A stretch of DNA of 64,000 nt from an uncultured Candidatus Saccharibacteria bacterium (GTDB lineage Bacteria; Patescibacteriota; Minisyncoccia; Phycocordibacterales; PALSA-1337), in NCBI GenBank assembly GCA_964481175.1, contig CAYZSZ010000001.1, forward strand, positions 1,602 through 65,601, in the 5' to 3' direction. Numbering within the stretch: position 1 is the first letter of the stretch; each line of letters begins with the position of its first letter. Below are positions 54,303 to 63,971 of the stretch, piece after piece. Below the pieces are notes generated by a model. The model did not search any database. It saw only the letters and a program-made list of their open reading frames with translations, and was not told the DNA's origin. Both the position numbers and the translations under genes were made by a program.

Positions 54303-56284
54303 TTTATTATCCTAACTATACCCTTTTCTGCATCAACTTCAACTAAGTCTCCGTCTTTAAATACTTGTGTGGCAATCTTGGTGCCTATCACACATGGTTT
54401 TTTCATTTCACGAGCAATGATCGCTGCGTGACATGTTATACCTCCTTCATCAGTTACAAACGCGGCAGCCTTTTTCATCGCTGGCACCATATCAGGTGTA
54501 GTCATTGGTGATACAATAATCTCACCTTCTTTTGTTTGATCAACTTGGTCTTTTCTTTTTACTATCCTAACCACGCCGCGCACATTTCCTCGGTAGGCAC
54601 TCTGTCCTTTTATTCCGTCTTCGGTTTGTTCTCCACTATCGATAATAAATTTGAACTCAGGAAATTTCTTTACCAAATCACCGAAACTAATTACACCGAC
54701 AAACAAGCCAGGAACAAGCGCAAAGCCTGTATCTCTTTTTTCAAGCTCTGTTTTGTCGATCTTTACGCCAAGCTCCTCCCGAGTGACATATACAGATAAA
54801 TAACCAAAATCAGGGTATATATTATTGAGTGCTCGTGTGATTGCTGCATTACACTCTGCGAAGAAAACATCTTTCTCTCTAAACTCGCTCGCCAACTTTT
54901 GATACTCCGCAGGAACTCTCTGGTCGACAAGCGCCGTATAGAGGATTACAAAATCAGACACACCCGCGTACACAAGCTCAACAAAAGAGTTGAGCTCTTC
55001 GAGAGTTTTAATATCTTTTTTCCACCATTCTTGAGCCTGAGCAAGTATCTGAAAATACCTTTTGTGGACAGCTGGAAAAAAATCTTTGTCTGAAATAAAT
55101 TTTTCTACAAGAATATCAACAAGCCACTGATTTGTTTTTACATTTTCCCAGACTTCTTCGACTCCATCTTTCATGAAATAAAGATATGGAGAGCTATGTG
55201 GGTACTCTTTGAGATCTAATTTCTTTATAATGCCCTCTCTATTTGCAGTGATCCATGCCTGCTGCATGATGATTGAAAAGTTTCGGGTGTATGCTTTGAC
55301 GTATGTTTCTCGTTCTTCCTGTTCTAGAGATACTTGCCTGGGACTCAATGTCGTAATCGGTCGACTTTGCACGACATAGAACTCACCTCCTTCATATGCC
55401 CACTCGATATCGCATGGAAAGCCGTAATGCTTTTCGATGTTTAAAATAATTCCTGAAAGCTCGAGTATGCCTGCTTCGTTGAGTACTTGTGAGCTCGCTT
55501 TTGGCTCGGCGATATCTTTCCATTCATTTCCTCCACCTTCTACACGATATAATGCGCGCTCCTGTGTAGAAACATTGATATCGATAATCTTTCGTGGTTC
55601 CTTTTCTACTACATAGCTATCCGGTGTCACCGATCCAGAAACGATCGCCTCACCCAAGCCAAAACCTGCTTCGATGATGAGCTGATTGTAATCCTCAGTC
55701 ACTGGGTGTACTGAGAAAGCGATTCCTGAAACTTCAGAGTTGACCATCTTTTGGACAACAACGGCTACAGAGATCTTTGTGGTGTGTAGTCCTTTTTCAA
55801 AACGATAGAAGATGGCGCGTGGAGTAAAGAGTGATGCCCAGCAATGTTTTACTTTTTCCAAAAGTCCGTCTTTTGTAATATTCAAATAGCTCTCGAGCTG
55901 TCCTGCCCAGGCATGTTCTTTTCCATCCTCTGCTGTTGCTGATGATCGTACTGCAACGTATTTTGTGTCGAGTGCAGCAAAGGCCTTTTCAATATCTGCT
56001 TCGATATCTTTTGGCATGTCTTTTGAGAGGATGAGCTCTTTTATCTTTTCGCTCGCAGCCTCTACGGTATGGATCGCTTTGTGATCGACTGACTCGAGGA
56101 TGGCATCGATCTCCTGCACGAGATCTGTTTCTTTTATAAATTGTTCAAATGAGTTTGAAAGCACCACAAAGCCGGGCGGTACTGGTATGCCTGCTTGAGA
56201 CATCTCCCCGAGCGACGCACCCTTACCTCCTGCTATATCTGCATCTGTTTTTGATAGTTTTGAAAAGTGTCGTACGAGTTCCAT
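54299..56284 (-). CDS. PPDK-type ATP-grasp + central domain + C-terminal His-swivel protein (rifampin-phosphotransferase-like domain order)
   Basis: GGKGASLGEM, AVRSSA.AED, AGQ, GLGEAIVSG, DIEWA, QSRPIT; C-terminal TDEGGITCHAAIIARE; no PEP-binding TIM barrel. Confidence 0.9.
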   Translation of the reverse strand: MELVRHFSKLSKTDADIAGGKGASLGEMSQAGIPVPPGFVVLSNSFEQFIKETDLVQEIDAILESVDHKAIHTVEAASEKIKELILSKDMPKDIEADIEKAFAALDTKYVAVRSSATAEDGKEHAWAGQLESYLNITKDGLLEKVKHCWASLFTPRAIFYRFEKGLHTTKISVAVVVQKMVNSEVSGIAFSVHPVTEDYNQLIIEAGFGLGEAIVSGSVTPDSYVVEKEPRKIIDINVSTQERALYRVEGGGNEWKDIAEPKASSQVLNEAGILELSGIILNIEKHYGFPCDIEWAYEGGEFYVVQSRPITTLSPRQVSLEQEERETYVKAYTRNFSIIMQQAWITANREGIIKKLDLKEYPHSSPYLYFMKDGVEEVWENVKTNQWLVDILVEKFISDKDFFPAVHKRYFQILAQAQEWWKKDIKTLEELNSFVELVYAGVSDFVILYTALVDQRVPAEYQKLASEFREKDVFFAECNAAITRALNNIYPDFGYLSVYVTREELGVKIDKTELEKRDTGFALVPGLFVGVISFGDLVKKFPEFKFIIDSGEQTEDGIKGQSAYRGNVRGVVRIVKRKDQVDQTKEGEIIVSPMTTPDMVPAMKKAAAFVTDEGGITCHAAIIAREMKKPCVIGTKIATQVFKDGDLVEVDAEKGIVRIIK

Positions 56285-56292
56285 GGTGATAT

Positions 56293-57264
56293 TTAACCAC
56301 TAATATACGATGTTATCAACTTACTTTCCTTCTCAAAACGAGCAACGGCCAGCTGTATCAATCGATCAATTAAATCTGCATAACCTAGTCCACTTGCCTC
56401 CCACAATTTTGGGTACATGCTGATATTGGTAAATCCTGGAATTGTGTTTATTTCATTTACAACAATTTTATTGTTTTTTGTTAAAAAGAAATCGACTCTA
56501 CCTAGCCCCTCACACTCGAGAGCCAAAAATACCTGCACAGCAATCCTTTGTATTTCTTTTGCCACTTCTGAATCTATTTTTGCCGGGATGATGAGCTCAG
56601 CACCATCTTGGTCTACATATTTTGCATTATATGAATAAAACTCATCATGCGGGACTATTTCACCCAGTACAGATGCGGTTGGTTTTTCATTTCCGAGGAC
56701 TGAGCACTCTATCTCTCTCCCCTGTATATACTCTTCGATAATTATTTTTCGATCAAACATAAAAGCTTGTTTTACTGCTTTATCAAAATCAGCTTTTGCT
56801 TTTACTTTACTCACACCCACAGATGAACCTGCATTTGCTGGCTTTACAAAGAAAGGCGATCCTAATTCTCTTTCTACATAGTCAAAATCAATATCCTTTT
56901 CTTTAAATGAAAGAAACTTTTTAGTGGGGATGCCGGCATCACGCAAAAGCCGATTCATCACATCTTTATCCATGCCAATTGCAGATCCCAAAACACTTGC
57001 TCCAACAAATGGAACATTTGCTAACTTTAAAAGTCCTTGGACAGTTCCGTCTTCTCCAAACGGGCCGTGCAGTAATGGGAAAAATACATCAGCATCTATT
57101 TGGTACATTTCCTTTTCCCATGTACCATCCTTTCTAATCAAAATCTTTTCTATCTCGTACTTGTCTTTATCAATAGCACTAGCTACATTTTCAGCCGAAC
57201 GAAGCGAAACTTCATGTTCCGCGGATTTACCGCCGTAGAGTAGTGCGATTTTGAGTTTTTTCAT
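56293..57264 (-). CDS. ddl: D-alanine--D-alanine ligase
   Basis: GGKSAEHEVS, LHGPFGEDG, GSSVG, FYSY.AKY, RVDFF, NEINTIPG. Confidence 0.96.
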   Translation of the reverse strand: MKKLKIALLYGGKSAEHEVSLRSAENVASAIDKDKYEIEKILIRKDGTWEKEMYQIDADVFFPLLHGPFGEDGTVQGLLKLANVPFVGASVLGSAIGMDKDVMNRLLRDAGIPTKKFLSFKEKDIDFDYVERELGSPFFVKPANAGSSVGVSKVKAKADFDKAVKQAFMFDRKIIIEEYIQGREIECSVLGNEKPTASVLGEIVPHDEFYSYNAKYVDQDGAELIIPAKIDSEVAKEIQRIAVQVFLALECEGLGRVDFFLTKNNKIVVNEINTIPGFTNISMYPKLWEASGLGYADLIDRLIQLAVARFEKESKLITSYISG

Positions 57265-57270
57265 CAATTG

Positions 57271-57342
57271 TGACCCTACAGGGAATCGAACCCTGCTTTA
57301 AGCCTTGAGAAGGCCTTGTCCTAGCCGATAGACGATAGGGCC
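57271..57342 (-). tRNA. tRNA-Glu (anticodon CTC), CCA not encoded
   Basis: GGCCCTA acceptor / TAGGGTC-A; anticodon arm AGGCC-TTCTCAA-GGCTT; T-loop GGTTCGATTC. Confidence 0.93.
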
Positions 57343-57361
57343 GGTTTTTTCTTTATATTTA

Positions 57362-58603
57362 CTACCTATTTAGCCACTCTTTTTCTTGGCGTACTAATAC
57401 ATTAGCAGAATCTATACTTGGGTCAAGCAAGACTTTGACGATACGCTCCATGCGTATACCCTGCGATCCTTTGACCAAAACAATATCGCCATCACGAAGC
57501 AGTGCTGGTACTTTTTCTGCAGCTTCGATCGAGGTATTGAAATGGTGCTGCGCATTCATCCCACGTGAACGGAGACCGACAGATATGACGAAGTTTGCTG
57601 ACTGGCGAGCAACCTCACCGACTTTGGCATGAGCTTCGACTGCGTATTTTCCAAGCTCGAGCATATCGCCGAGGATAGCGACTTTGCGAGGTCCTTGGAT
57701 GTCTTTTAGGGTTTGGAGGGCACTGTAGACTGCGTCTGGAGATGAGTTGTATGTATCGTCCAAAAGCGTCATATTGTTTTTCCCTTTTAAAACATTCATA
57801 CGTCCTCGTGGTGGAATGTGTGATTCGAGGGCTTTTACGACAGTATCGAGTGATATGCCGACCTTTTTTGCAACGATCGCAGCAACGATGAGCGGGTACA
57901 CATGGTGTGTCCCGACCACGCCTTTTGTCTGGATATTTTTCTCTTCTCCATCAATGACAAGTGTCATCGACATACCCGTCACTCGCCCATTTTCATATGC
58001 CAATGAAATGTTTTTTGCATTTGTATTTAGACCGAAATGGATTGTTTCTTTTGCTTGGTCTGAAGTAATACCCTTTACGATCTCATCATCAGAAGAAAGG
58101 ATGAGGATACCGTCTTTTTTGAGTCTCTTTGCGAGATATGCTTTTTCTTTTGCGAGCTCCTCTGGGTCCTTGAAATACTCTACGTGAGCAGCAACCTTAC
58201 CGACACGTGTGATGATCGATATATCTGGGCGTAGCCAAGCAGTGAGATTTTTGATGTCATTTGGACGATCGGCTCCGACTTCGAGAATGAGATACTCAGG
58301 GTACACATTGTTAAAAACAATGAGCTCAAGACCGTGCAATATATTCTTTAGCCAAATGATGAGCGATGACCAGCCGTTTGGACAGCCGAGAATAGTGAGG
58401 GGTACGCCTAGTTCGCTATTGAAACTCTTTTCACTTTTGCGAACCTTGTGAGTAGAAGAAAGTGCTGTGTATATAGCGTCTTTGGTAGAAGTCTTCCCTA
58501 CACTCCCGGTAACAGCAATGATAAAAGGCTTGTACTTTTTCAAAACGAGCTGTGACTCGAATGATATGATTTCTACGATAATTTTTTTGAGTATAGATTT
58601 CAT
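57362..58603 (-). CDS. murF: Mur ligase MurF
   Basis: AVTGSVGKTSTK, SFNSELGVPLT, DDTYNSSP, ILGDMLELG, LVKGSQ..RME. Confidence 0.9.
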   Translation of the reverse strand: MKSILKKIIVEIISFESQLVLKKYKPFIIAVTGSVGKTSTKDAIYTALSSTHKVRKSEKSFNSELGVPLTILGCPNGWSSLIIWLKNILHGLELIVFNNVYPEYLILEVGADRPNDIKNLTAWLRPDISIITRVGKVAAHVEYFKDPEELAKEKAYLAKRLKKDGILILSSDDEIVKGITSDQAKETIHFGLNTNAKNISLAYENGRVTGMSMTLVIDGEEKNIQTKGVVGTHHVYPLIVAAIVAKKVGISLDTVVKALESHIPPRGRMNVLKGKNNMTLLDDTYNSSPDAVYSALQTLKDIQGPRKVAILGDMLELGKYAVEAHAKVGEVARQSANFVISVGLRSRGMNAQHHFNTSIEAAEKVPALLRDGDIVLVKGSQGIRMERIVKVLLDPSIDSANVLVRQEKEWLNR

Positions 58604-60303
58604 CGGTCGGGGTTTATTTCATAGTAGTTTATCAGAAACTTTGTAATATCGATAAACGGATTTGTCAGTGTCTCTGAAGCATATTGCGTATTCTTTGGAT
58701 AGACTTGGTACAAAAAGACGATGTACTGTGGGTCGTATGCGGGGAAATATCCAAAGAATGAGTGCAGATACCTGTCAGTATAATACCCTCCATTGACCGG
58801 ATCTGCAATCTGCGCAGTTCCTGTCTTTGCCGCGATACTATAGTGCTCCATTTTGACTGTTCCTTGGCGGAGTGCTTTGTCGACCACTTCGACGAGCATC
58901 TTGGTAACTGTTTCAGTTGTTTCTGATTTCAGTACTTGTTTTGGCTTTTCATACTCGACCGTTTCTGGAATACCACTGTCATGCTCTATTGTGTTTACGA
59001 GATGTGGAGTCACAAGCTTCCCTCCATTAGCCAAAATCGACAATGCTCGTATAGTCGCTATCGGACTCATCGATATACCTTGTCCATATCCCATCGTAAT
59101 ATGTTCAATGTCGCGTGTACCGTCGAGGTTACGGGAAATACCTCTCGTTTCATTTGGCTGATCGATACCCGTAAACTCTCCAAAACCAAATGATCTAAAG
59201 TAGTTCGAAATGTTTTTGTTTCCAGTTTTTTGTACGATGAAAGCAATACCGATGTTGAGCGACTGGCTGAGCACCTCCTGCATCGGCACTACCCCTCGCG
59301 CTTTCCCGTCATAGTTTGAAATCTTCTTCTGATCGACAGTGATAGTTCCTTTGTCGTTGTATGTAGTGTTTGCAGTGATCGATCCAGTGTCGATGCCGAC
59401 AGCCATCGTGAGTGGTTTGATGATCGATCCCATTTCGTATGCACTTTCAACGAGTGGGTTTGAGAATACTTTTGGATTCTTTTCTCCAGAGACATCGTTT
59501 GGATTAAAGTTTGGCAATGCAGCCATGGCGATGATGTCCCCTGTCTTTGGATTCATGACGATGACCCCGATTTCATCAGATTGCCATTTCTTGCGTGCAT
59601 CAGCGATCACAACCTCAGCATAGTTTTGTACTGAAGGTTCAAGTGTTGTCACCACATCTCCAGACTCACCTTTTGAAGCATGCCTGATTCCAGAAAATAT
59701 TTCTGCAAAAAAATTTCTAAACTGTCCTTTGTCATTTCGTACTAGTATGTCGTCATACTGTCGCTCCAAACCGTAGCGACCACGATACTCGGTACCTTGA
59801 AATCCCATGAGACCGATCGCATGGGCTGCCAAACTCTGCGCTGGATATGCTCTCCACGCATCACGATAGACGATCACACCGGGTATTTTCATCTTTTGGA
59901 TTTCTTCGCCTGTCTTTGCCTCGAGTCGTTTGCTCAGCTCTTCAAATGGATCATCTTTTTTTGCCGCTTTTTCCATAAACTCATCTTTGTCGAGCGCGAC
60001 AAACTGACGTAATCGTTCATATGTCTCTGCGGCATCATCGAGATCTTTTGGACTGATCGCAAGCGAAACTCCCTCCTGGATCGTAGCCGCACTCACTCGA
60101 GTACCGTTTTTTGATGTAAAAAATATACTTCCTCGGTCAAATAGTGGTGCACTACGACGTTCGTACTGGCGATTTGCACGTTCAGCAAATTCTTTTCCAT
60201 TGATAATCTGAACATGATAAAGCTTGCCAGCCAAAACCATGGCAGCAAAAATAACACATGCAATCACGATCCTAATTCTGATTGAATAGTTATCTAATTT
60301 CAT
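58600..60303 (-). CDS. ftsI: Class B penicillin-binding protein (FtsI-like)
   Basis: RG.IF, R.YP, G..GLE, EMGSIIK (SxxK), SLN, KTGTAQ; follows mraZ-rsmH-ftsL. Confidence 0.88.
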   Translation of the reverse strand: MKLDNYSIRIRIVIACVIFAAMVLAGKLYHVQIINGKEFAERANRQYERRSAPLFDRGSIFFTSKNGTRVSAATIQEGVSLAISPKDLDDAAETYERLRQFVALDKDEFMEKAAKKDDPFEELSKRLEAKTGEEIQKMKIPGVIVYRDAWRAYPAQSLAAHAIGLMGFQGTEYRGRYGLERQYDDILVRNDKGQFRNFFAEIFSGIRHASKGESGDVVTTLEPSVQNYAEVVIADARKKWQSDEIGVIVMNPKTGDIIAMAALPNFNPNDVSGEKNPKVFSNPLVESAYEMGSIIKPLTMAVGIDTGSITANTTYNDKGTITVDQKKISNYDGKARGVVPMQEVLSQSLNIGIAFIVQKTGNKNISNYFRSFGFGEFTGIDQPNETRGISRNLDGTRDIEHITMGYGQGISMSPIATIRALSILANGGKLVTPHLVNTIEHDSGIPETVEYEKPKQVLKSETTETVTKMLVEVVDKALRQGTVKMEHYSIAAKTGTAQIADPVNGGYYTDRYLHSFFGYFPAYDPQYIVFLYQVYPKNTQYASETLTNPFIDITKFLINYYEINPDR

Positions 60304-60625
60304 TAGAAGTTGTACGAGCAACTCCCTGTGCCTTCTTTGAAATATATACAGCTGATGTCGGTTCAGAAAAACCTAGCTCAACCGCAGTAGCAAGTGTAAC
60401 TGAGTTCTTTAATGAAAAATACTGTGCTTCGAGCATACCAATAGTAGCGCTTTTATTTCGATTGACCTTGAGCATCGCTTCTCGAGCGAGAATGTTGTGA
60501 ACTGTTGTGTGAACGAGGCCAGCATATGTAAGGACGAGTGAAAGGATGAGAAAAGCAAATACATAAAAAAGATGTTCTCTGTATGAGTTTACTCCGGATA
60601 TTGTATTTTGAATTGCTTTTGTCAT
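60290..60625 (-). CDS. FtsL-like small bitopic protein
   Basis: TM + coiled coil + A.ELGF.EP; position between rsmH and ftsI. Confidence 0.7.
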   Translation of the reverse strand: MTKAIQNTISGVNSYREHLFYVFAFLILSLVLTYAGLVHTTVHNILAREAMLKVNRNKSATIGMLEAQYFSLKNSVTLATAVELGFSEPTSAVYISKKAQGVARTTSNEIR

Positions 60626-60626
60626 A

Positions 60627-61493
60627 TTATATTTTCTTTTCGATGATTCTCAATTTTGCACTGCGTGAACGTGGATTTCTGACTTTCTCCTCATCACTCG
60701 GCACTATTGGCTTTTTTGTTAAAATATTTGCTTCACTCTGCTTTTCTTTAAAAAATCTCTTCGTCACTCTATCTTCGATACTATGAAACGATATGACGGC
60801 CATCCTTCCTCCTGGGTTTAGGGCTTCGAATCCTTTCCGTAACCCTTCTTTCAGTGTATTGATCTCATCATTTACAGTGATCCGAAGTGCCTGGAAAGTT
60901 CTGGTTGCTGGATGTATCCTGCCTCGATGATAGCTACTTGGTGTTCCGAGCTTGATCGCTTCGACTAGTTCAAATGTGGTTTTGATCGGTCGAGATTCGA
61001 CGATCGATTTTGCAATCCTTCGAGAGTATCGTTCATCACCATATCCGTATATGATGTCTGCGATATTTGCCTCGTCCCAAGTGTTTACGATCTCGTCAGC
61101 TGTCAGATCATCTTTTGTTGGATTCTTTTTGAAAGTCATGAGAAGTGGCTCATCTTTTTGAAAGGTAAATCCTCTCCCTGAAGTTTCAAACTGATCTGAA
61201 GAGAGTCCGAGATCGAGCATAAAGGCATCTATCTTTGATATTTTGAGCGAAGCCAAAGCAATGTCTAAATTTCTGTAATTTTCTTGTATAAAAGTTCCTC
61301 CTTTGAGTCGCTTTTTGCTTCGTTCGATCGCCTCGAGGTCCTGATCCAGACCGATCACTGTAGCTCCTTTTTCAAGAGCGTATTCAGAGTGACCGCCAGA
61401 TCCCAATGTTCCGTCGAGATATATACTGCCTTTATGCAGATTAAGGCCGTCTATTGATTCATGTAAAAGAACAGTTGTGTGGATGAGAGCCAT
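60627..61493 (-). CDS. rsmH: 16S rRNA m4C1402 methyltransferase
   Basis: HTTVLL.E, DGTLG.GGH, DLGLSS.Q, FQALRI.VN.E, ISFHSIEDR, NPRSRSAKLR. Confidence 0.97.
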   Translation of the reverse strand: MALIHTTVLLHESIDGLNLHKGSIYLDGTLGSGGHSEYALEKGATVIGLDQDLEAIERSKKRLKGGTFIQENYRNLDIALASLKISKIDAFMLDLGLSSDQFETSGRGFTFQKDEPLLMTFKKNPTKDDLTADEIVNTWDEANIADIIYGYGDERYSRRIAKSIVESRPIKTTFELVEAIKLGTPSSYHRGRIHPATRTFQALRITVNDEINTLKEGLRKGFEALNPGGRMAVISFHSIEDRVTKRFFKEKQSEANILTKKPIVPSDEEKVRNPRSRSAKLRIIEKKI

Positions 61494-61927
61494 TAGAGCA
61501 TTCCTACTTGGCTTAGTTTTTCCGCCAAGGAATCAGCCTGCTTCTCCACGACCTGTTTGTATTCGCCCCATGCTTTTTCATCCCAAAGCTCTACTCGAGT
61601 TTGCACTCCAACGACTGCAACTTTCGAATTGAGCTTTGCTCTTCCCTTTAAAAAGTCCGGGATGAGGACGCGACCGATTGTGTCGATCTCTGCTTCGACC
61701 GCTCCTCCCAAGAGAAATCGGTTAAAGCTTCGACTGTCAGCATTGAGCATAGAAGATTCACTTAGCTTTTCTGTGATTTTCTTCCATTCAGTGGTTGAGA
61801 AGACGAATATACAGTTATCAAGACCTGGAGTGAGCACAACTTTCTTGCCCATCTCAGTTCGAAACTTTGCTGGGAGAGAAAGTCTATTCTTTTCATCAAT
61901 GGTATGTGTGTATTCTCCGATCAACAT
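61493..61927 (-). CDS. mraZ: Division/cell-wall cluster regulator MraZ
   Basis: GEY.HTIDEKNRLSLPAKFR; D..GRVLIP; RVELW. Confidence 0.96.
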   Translation of the reverse strand: MLIGEYTHTIDEKNRLSLPAKFRTEMGKKVVLTPGLDNCIFVFSTTEWKKITEKLSESSMLNADSRSFNRFLLGGAVEAEIDTIGRVLIPDFLKGRAKLNSKVAVVGVQTRVELWDEKAWGEYKQVVEKQADSLAEKLSQVGML

Positions 61928-61948
61928 AATTTTCTCTTTTTAAACTGT

Positions 61949-61997
61949 ATCCCACTTCATCCCACTTAGATAACATTATATACCACTTCATCCCACT
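61949..61997 (-). promoter_or_regulatory. MraZ operator repeats flanking the -10 box
   Basis: Minus strand AGTGGGATGAAGTGG-TA-TATAAT...AAGTGGGATGAAGTGGGA: GTGG(G) boxes with 10-bp period. Confidence 0.8.
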
Positions 61998-62052
61998 CTC
62001 CTATTCGTCTGTATGTGGAAAACTAAAAAGCCCCTTTCGGGGCTCTCTAGGC

Positions 62053-63504
62053 TTATTTATTATCTTCTTTTGGTCGCATCAATGGGAATGTCTGCAGCTC
62101 GCGTAGTGGCTTGTCTGCCAAGAATGCAAAAAGTCTCTCACCGAAGCCATAACCGCAGGTCGGTGGCATGCCGTGTTCGAGCATTTCGACAAACTCGTGA
62201 TCTGCCATCATTGCTTCACTGTCTCCACCCTCAATCAATTTTTGTTGAACACTAAATCGCTCTGCTTGATCGATAGGATCATTGAGCTCTGAATATCCTT
62301 TACCAAGCTCACTGCCTGCCAAGATAGGTTGAAACATCTGTGTCACAGACTTGCCTGGTACATTTTTTGCAAGCGGACCTACAATCGTAGGGTGATTTAT
62401 AAGAAAAGCAGGGCCAGATATGTTTTTTCGACAGTACTTCCAAAGAGTATCGATCAAACGTTCTTTATTATCACCTTCGTACTTTACTTTTAGGTCATCG
62501 AGCTTTGCTTTCATCTCTTTCTCACTTGCAGTATACACATCGATGCCAGTTTGTCGTTTTACTTCTTCAACGTAGTCGATATTTATCCATTCGTCTGCTA
62601 GATCAAATGTGTGCCCGCGAGTCGTGAACTTTGTTGTACCAAAAACTTCTTTTGCGATCGCTCGATACATTTTTTTAACCAAATCCATACCGTCTTTGTA
62701 GTCAGCATAAGCCCAATAGAACTCCATGTTTGTGAATTCTTGCAAGTGATCAGGACTAGAGCCCTCGTTTCGGTACGCTCGTCCTATTTCAAAAGTCTTT
62801 GGAAAGCCTGCGGCCATCAGTCGCTTTTGCCAGAGCTCTCCTACTGATATACGGAGGTATACATCGAGATCGTAATCATTGTGATGTGTTTTAAATGGCG
62901 TCGCTTCTGCTCCTCCGGTGGTGACTTCGAGTGTCGGTGTTTCGACTTCGAGAAAGCCATGCTGCTTTAGAAATGCACGAGTAACATCCCAAAACTTTGA
63001 TTTCTTTATCAAAAGATCTCGTAGCTCTGTATTCATCAAAAGATCGAGATATCGCTTTCGATATCGCTCATCGGTGTCTTGTAGTCCGTGCCATTTGTCT
63101 GGAAGTGGTGCAATCGCTTTGGTAGCCATCACCCAGTCTTTTACGAGTAGGCTCTGCTCCCCTCGCTGTGTGGTGAATAGTTCTCCAGTTGCAGAAATAA
63201 AGTCACCGATATCCACTGCATCGGTAAAAAGAGTAAAAAGTTTTTCATCTAGAGCGTCTTTCTTAAAAACTAGCTGAAACTTTTCTGTACCATCGTAGAC
63301 GACAGCAAATAAAATAGCACCTTGCCCTCGGATTGCCATGATGCGACCGACAACAGAGATTGTCTTTCCATCTTTAAATGACTCCTTTGCTTGCAAAAGA
63401 GTATGATCTTGAGGAACTTTGGCAGGATAGGGATCCATCCCTGCTGCCTTGAGCTTACCGAGCTTTGCGATACGGGTATCGCGGAGCTCTTCAAATGATG
63501 CCAT
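62053..63504 (-). CDS. lysS: Lysine--tRNA ligase (class II)
   Basis: PLPDKWHGL, RYRKRYLDL, EVETP, GGAEATPF.T, YRNEG, YSELNDP, GMPPT.G.GFG. Confidence 0.97.
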   Translation of the reverse strand: MASFEELRDTRIAKLGKLKAAGMDPYPAKVPQDHTLLQAKESFKDGKTISVVGRIMAIRGQGAILFAVVYDGTEKFQLVFKKDALDEKLFTLFTDAVDIGDFISATGELFTTQRGEQSLLVKDWVMATKAIAPLPDKWHGLQDTDERYRKRYLDLLMNTELRDLLIKKSKFWDVTRAFLKQHGFLEVETPTLEVTTGGAEATPFKTHHNDYDLDVYLRISVGELWQKRLMAAGFPKTFEIGRAYRNEGSSPDHLQEFTNMEFYWAYADYKDGMDLVKKMYRAIAKEVFGTTKFTTRGHTFDLADEWINIDYVEEVKRQTGIDVYTASEKEMKAKLDDLKVKYEGDNKERLIDTLWKYCRKNISGPAFLINHPTIVGPLAKNVPGKSVTQMFQPILAGSELGKGYSELNDPIDQAERFSVQQKLIEGGDSEAMMADHEFVEMLEHGMPPTCGYGFGERLFAFLADKPLRELQTFPLMRPKEDNK

Positions 63505-63506
63505 GT

Positions 63507-63971
63507 TTATTGAACTTCGATTATCTTGTATGAAACCTTTCCTTTTGGAGTGGTTACTACAATTGTATCACCTTTTGCTTTTCCCATAAGTGCTGCACCG
63601 ATCGGAGAGTGGTTTGAGAGCTTACCGTTTGCAGTGTCCACCTCTTCTGAACCGACAATCATAAACTTTCTATTTTCTTTTTCGCCTTCTTTTTGCACGA
63701 GAACAGTCGAACCGATAGAGACGGTTGAGCCATGCTTTTCATCTAAAATATTTGCAGTTTTTAAGACCATTTCGAGGTGGTTGATGCGGTCTTCTACTTT
63801 TGCCTGCTCCTCACGAGCTTCGTGATATTCGGCATTTTCTGAGAGGTCTCCTAGCTTTTTTGCATATTCTAGGCTTTCTGCAACTTCTTTTCTTCGGACA
63901 TTTCTAAGTTGTTCTAATTCTGACTTCAATTCTGCAAACTTTTCTTTGGTGAGGTATTGTGTTTCTTGCAT
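63507..63971 (-). CDS. greA: Transcription elongation factor GreA
   Basis: GDLSENAEYHEAREEQ, IVGSEE, SPIGAAL.G...GD. Confidence 0.97.
   Translation of the reverse strand: MQETQYLTKEKFAELKSELEQLRNVRRKEVAESLEYAKKLGDLSENAEYHEAREEQAKVEDRINHLEMVLKTANILDEKHGSTVSIGSTVLVQKEGEKENRKFMIVGSEEVDTANGKLSNHSPIGAALMGKAKGDTIVVTTPKGKVSYKIIEVQ

Noticed and set aside
51229-54410. Repeated 3' ends as a diversity-generating retroelement (TR/VR)
   Set aside because: No reverse transcriptase in the window, differences are not adenine-specific, and the repeated part is the conserved domain.
54299-56284. Annotation as canonical PEP synthase (ppsA)
   Set aside because: The C-terminal PEP/pyruvate-binding TIM barrel is missing and the swivel domain is terminal.
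57271-57342. tRNA-Glu as the attachment site of an island containing the array
   Set aside because: No duplicated tRNA 3' end or integrase was seen, and ddl lies directly downstream.
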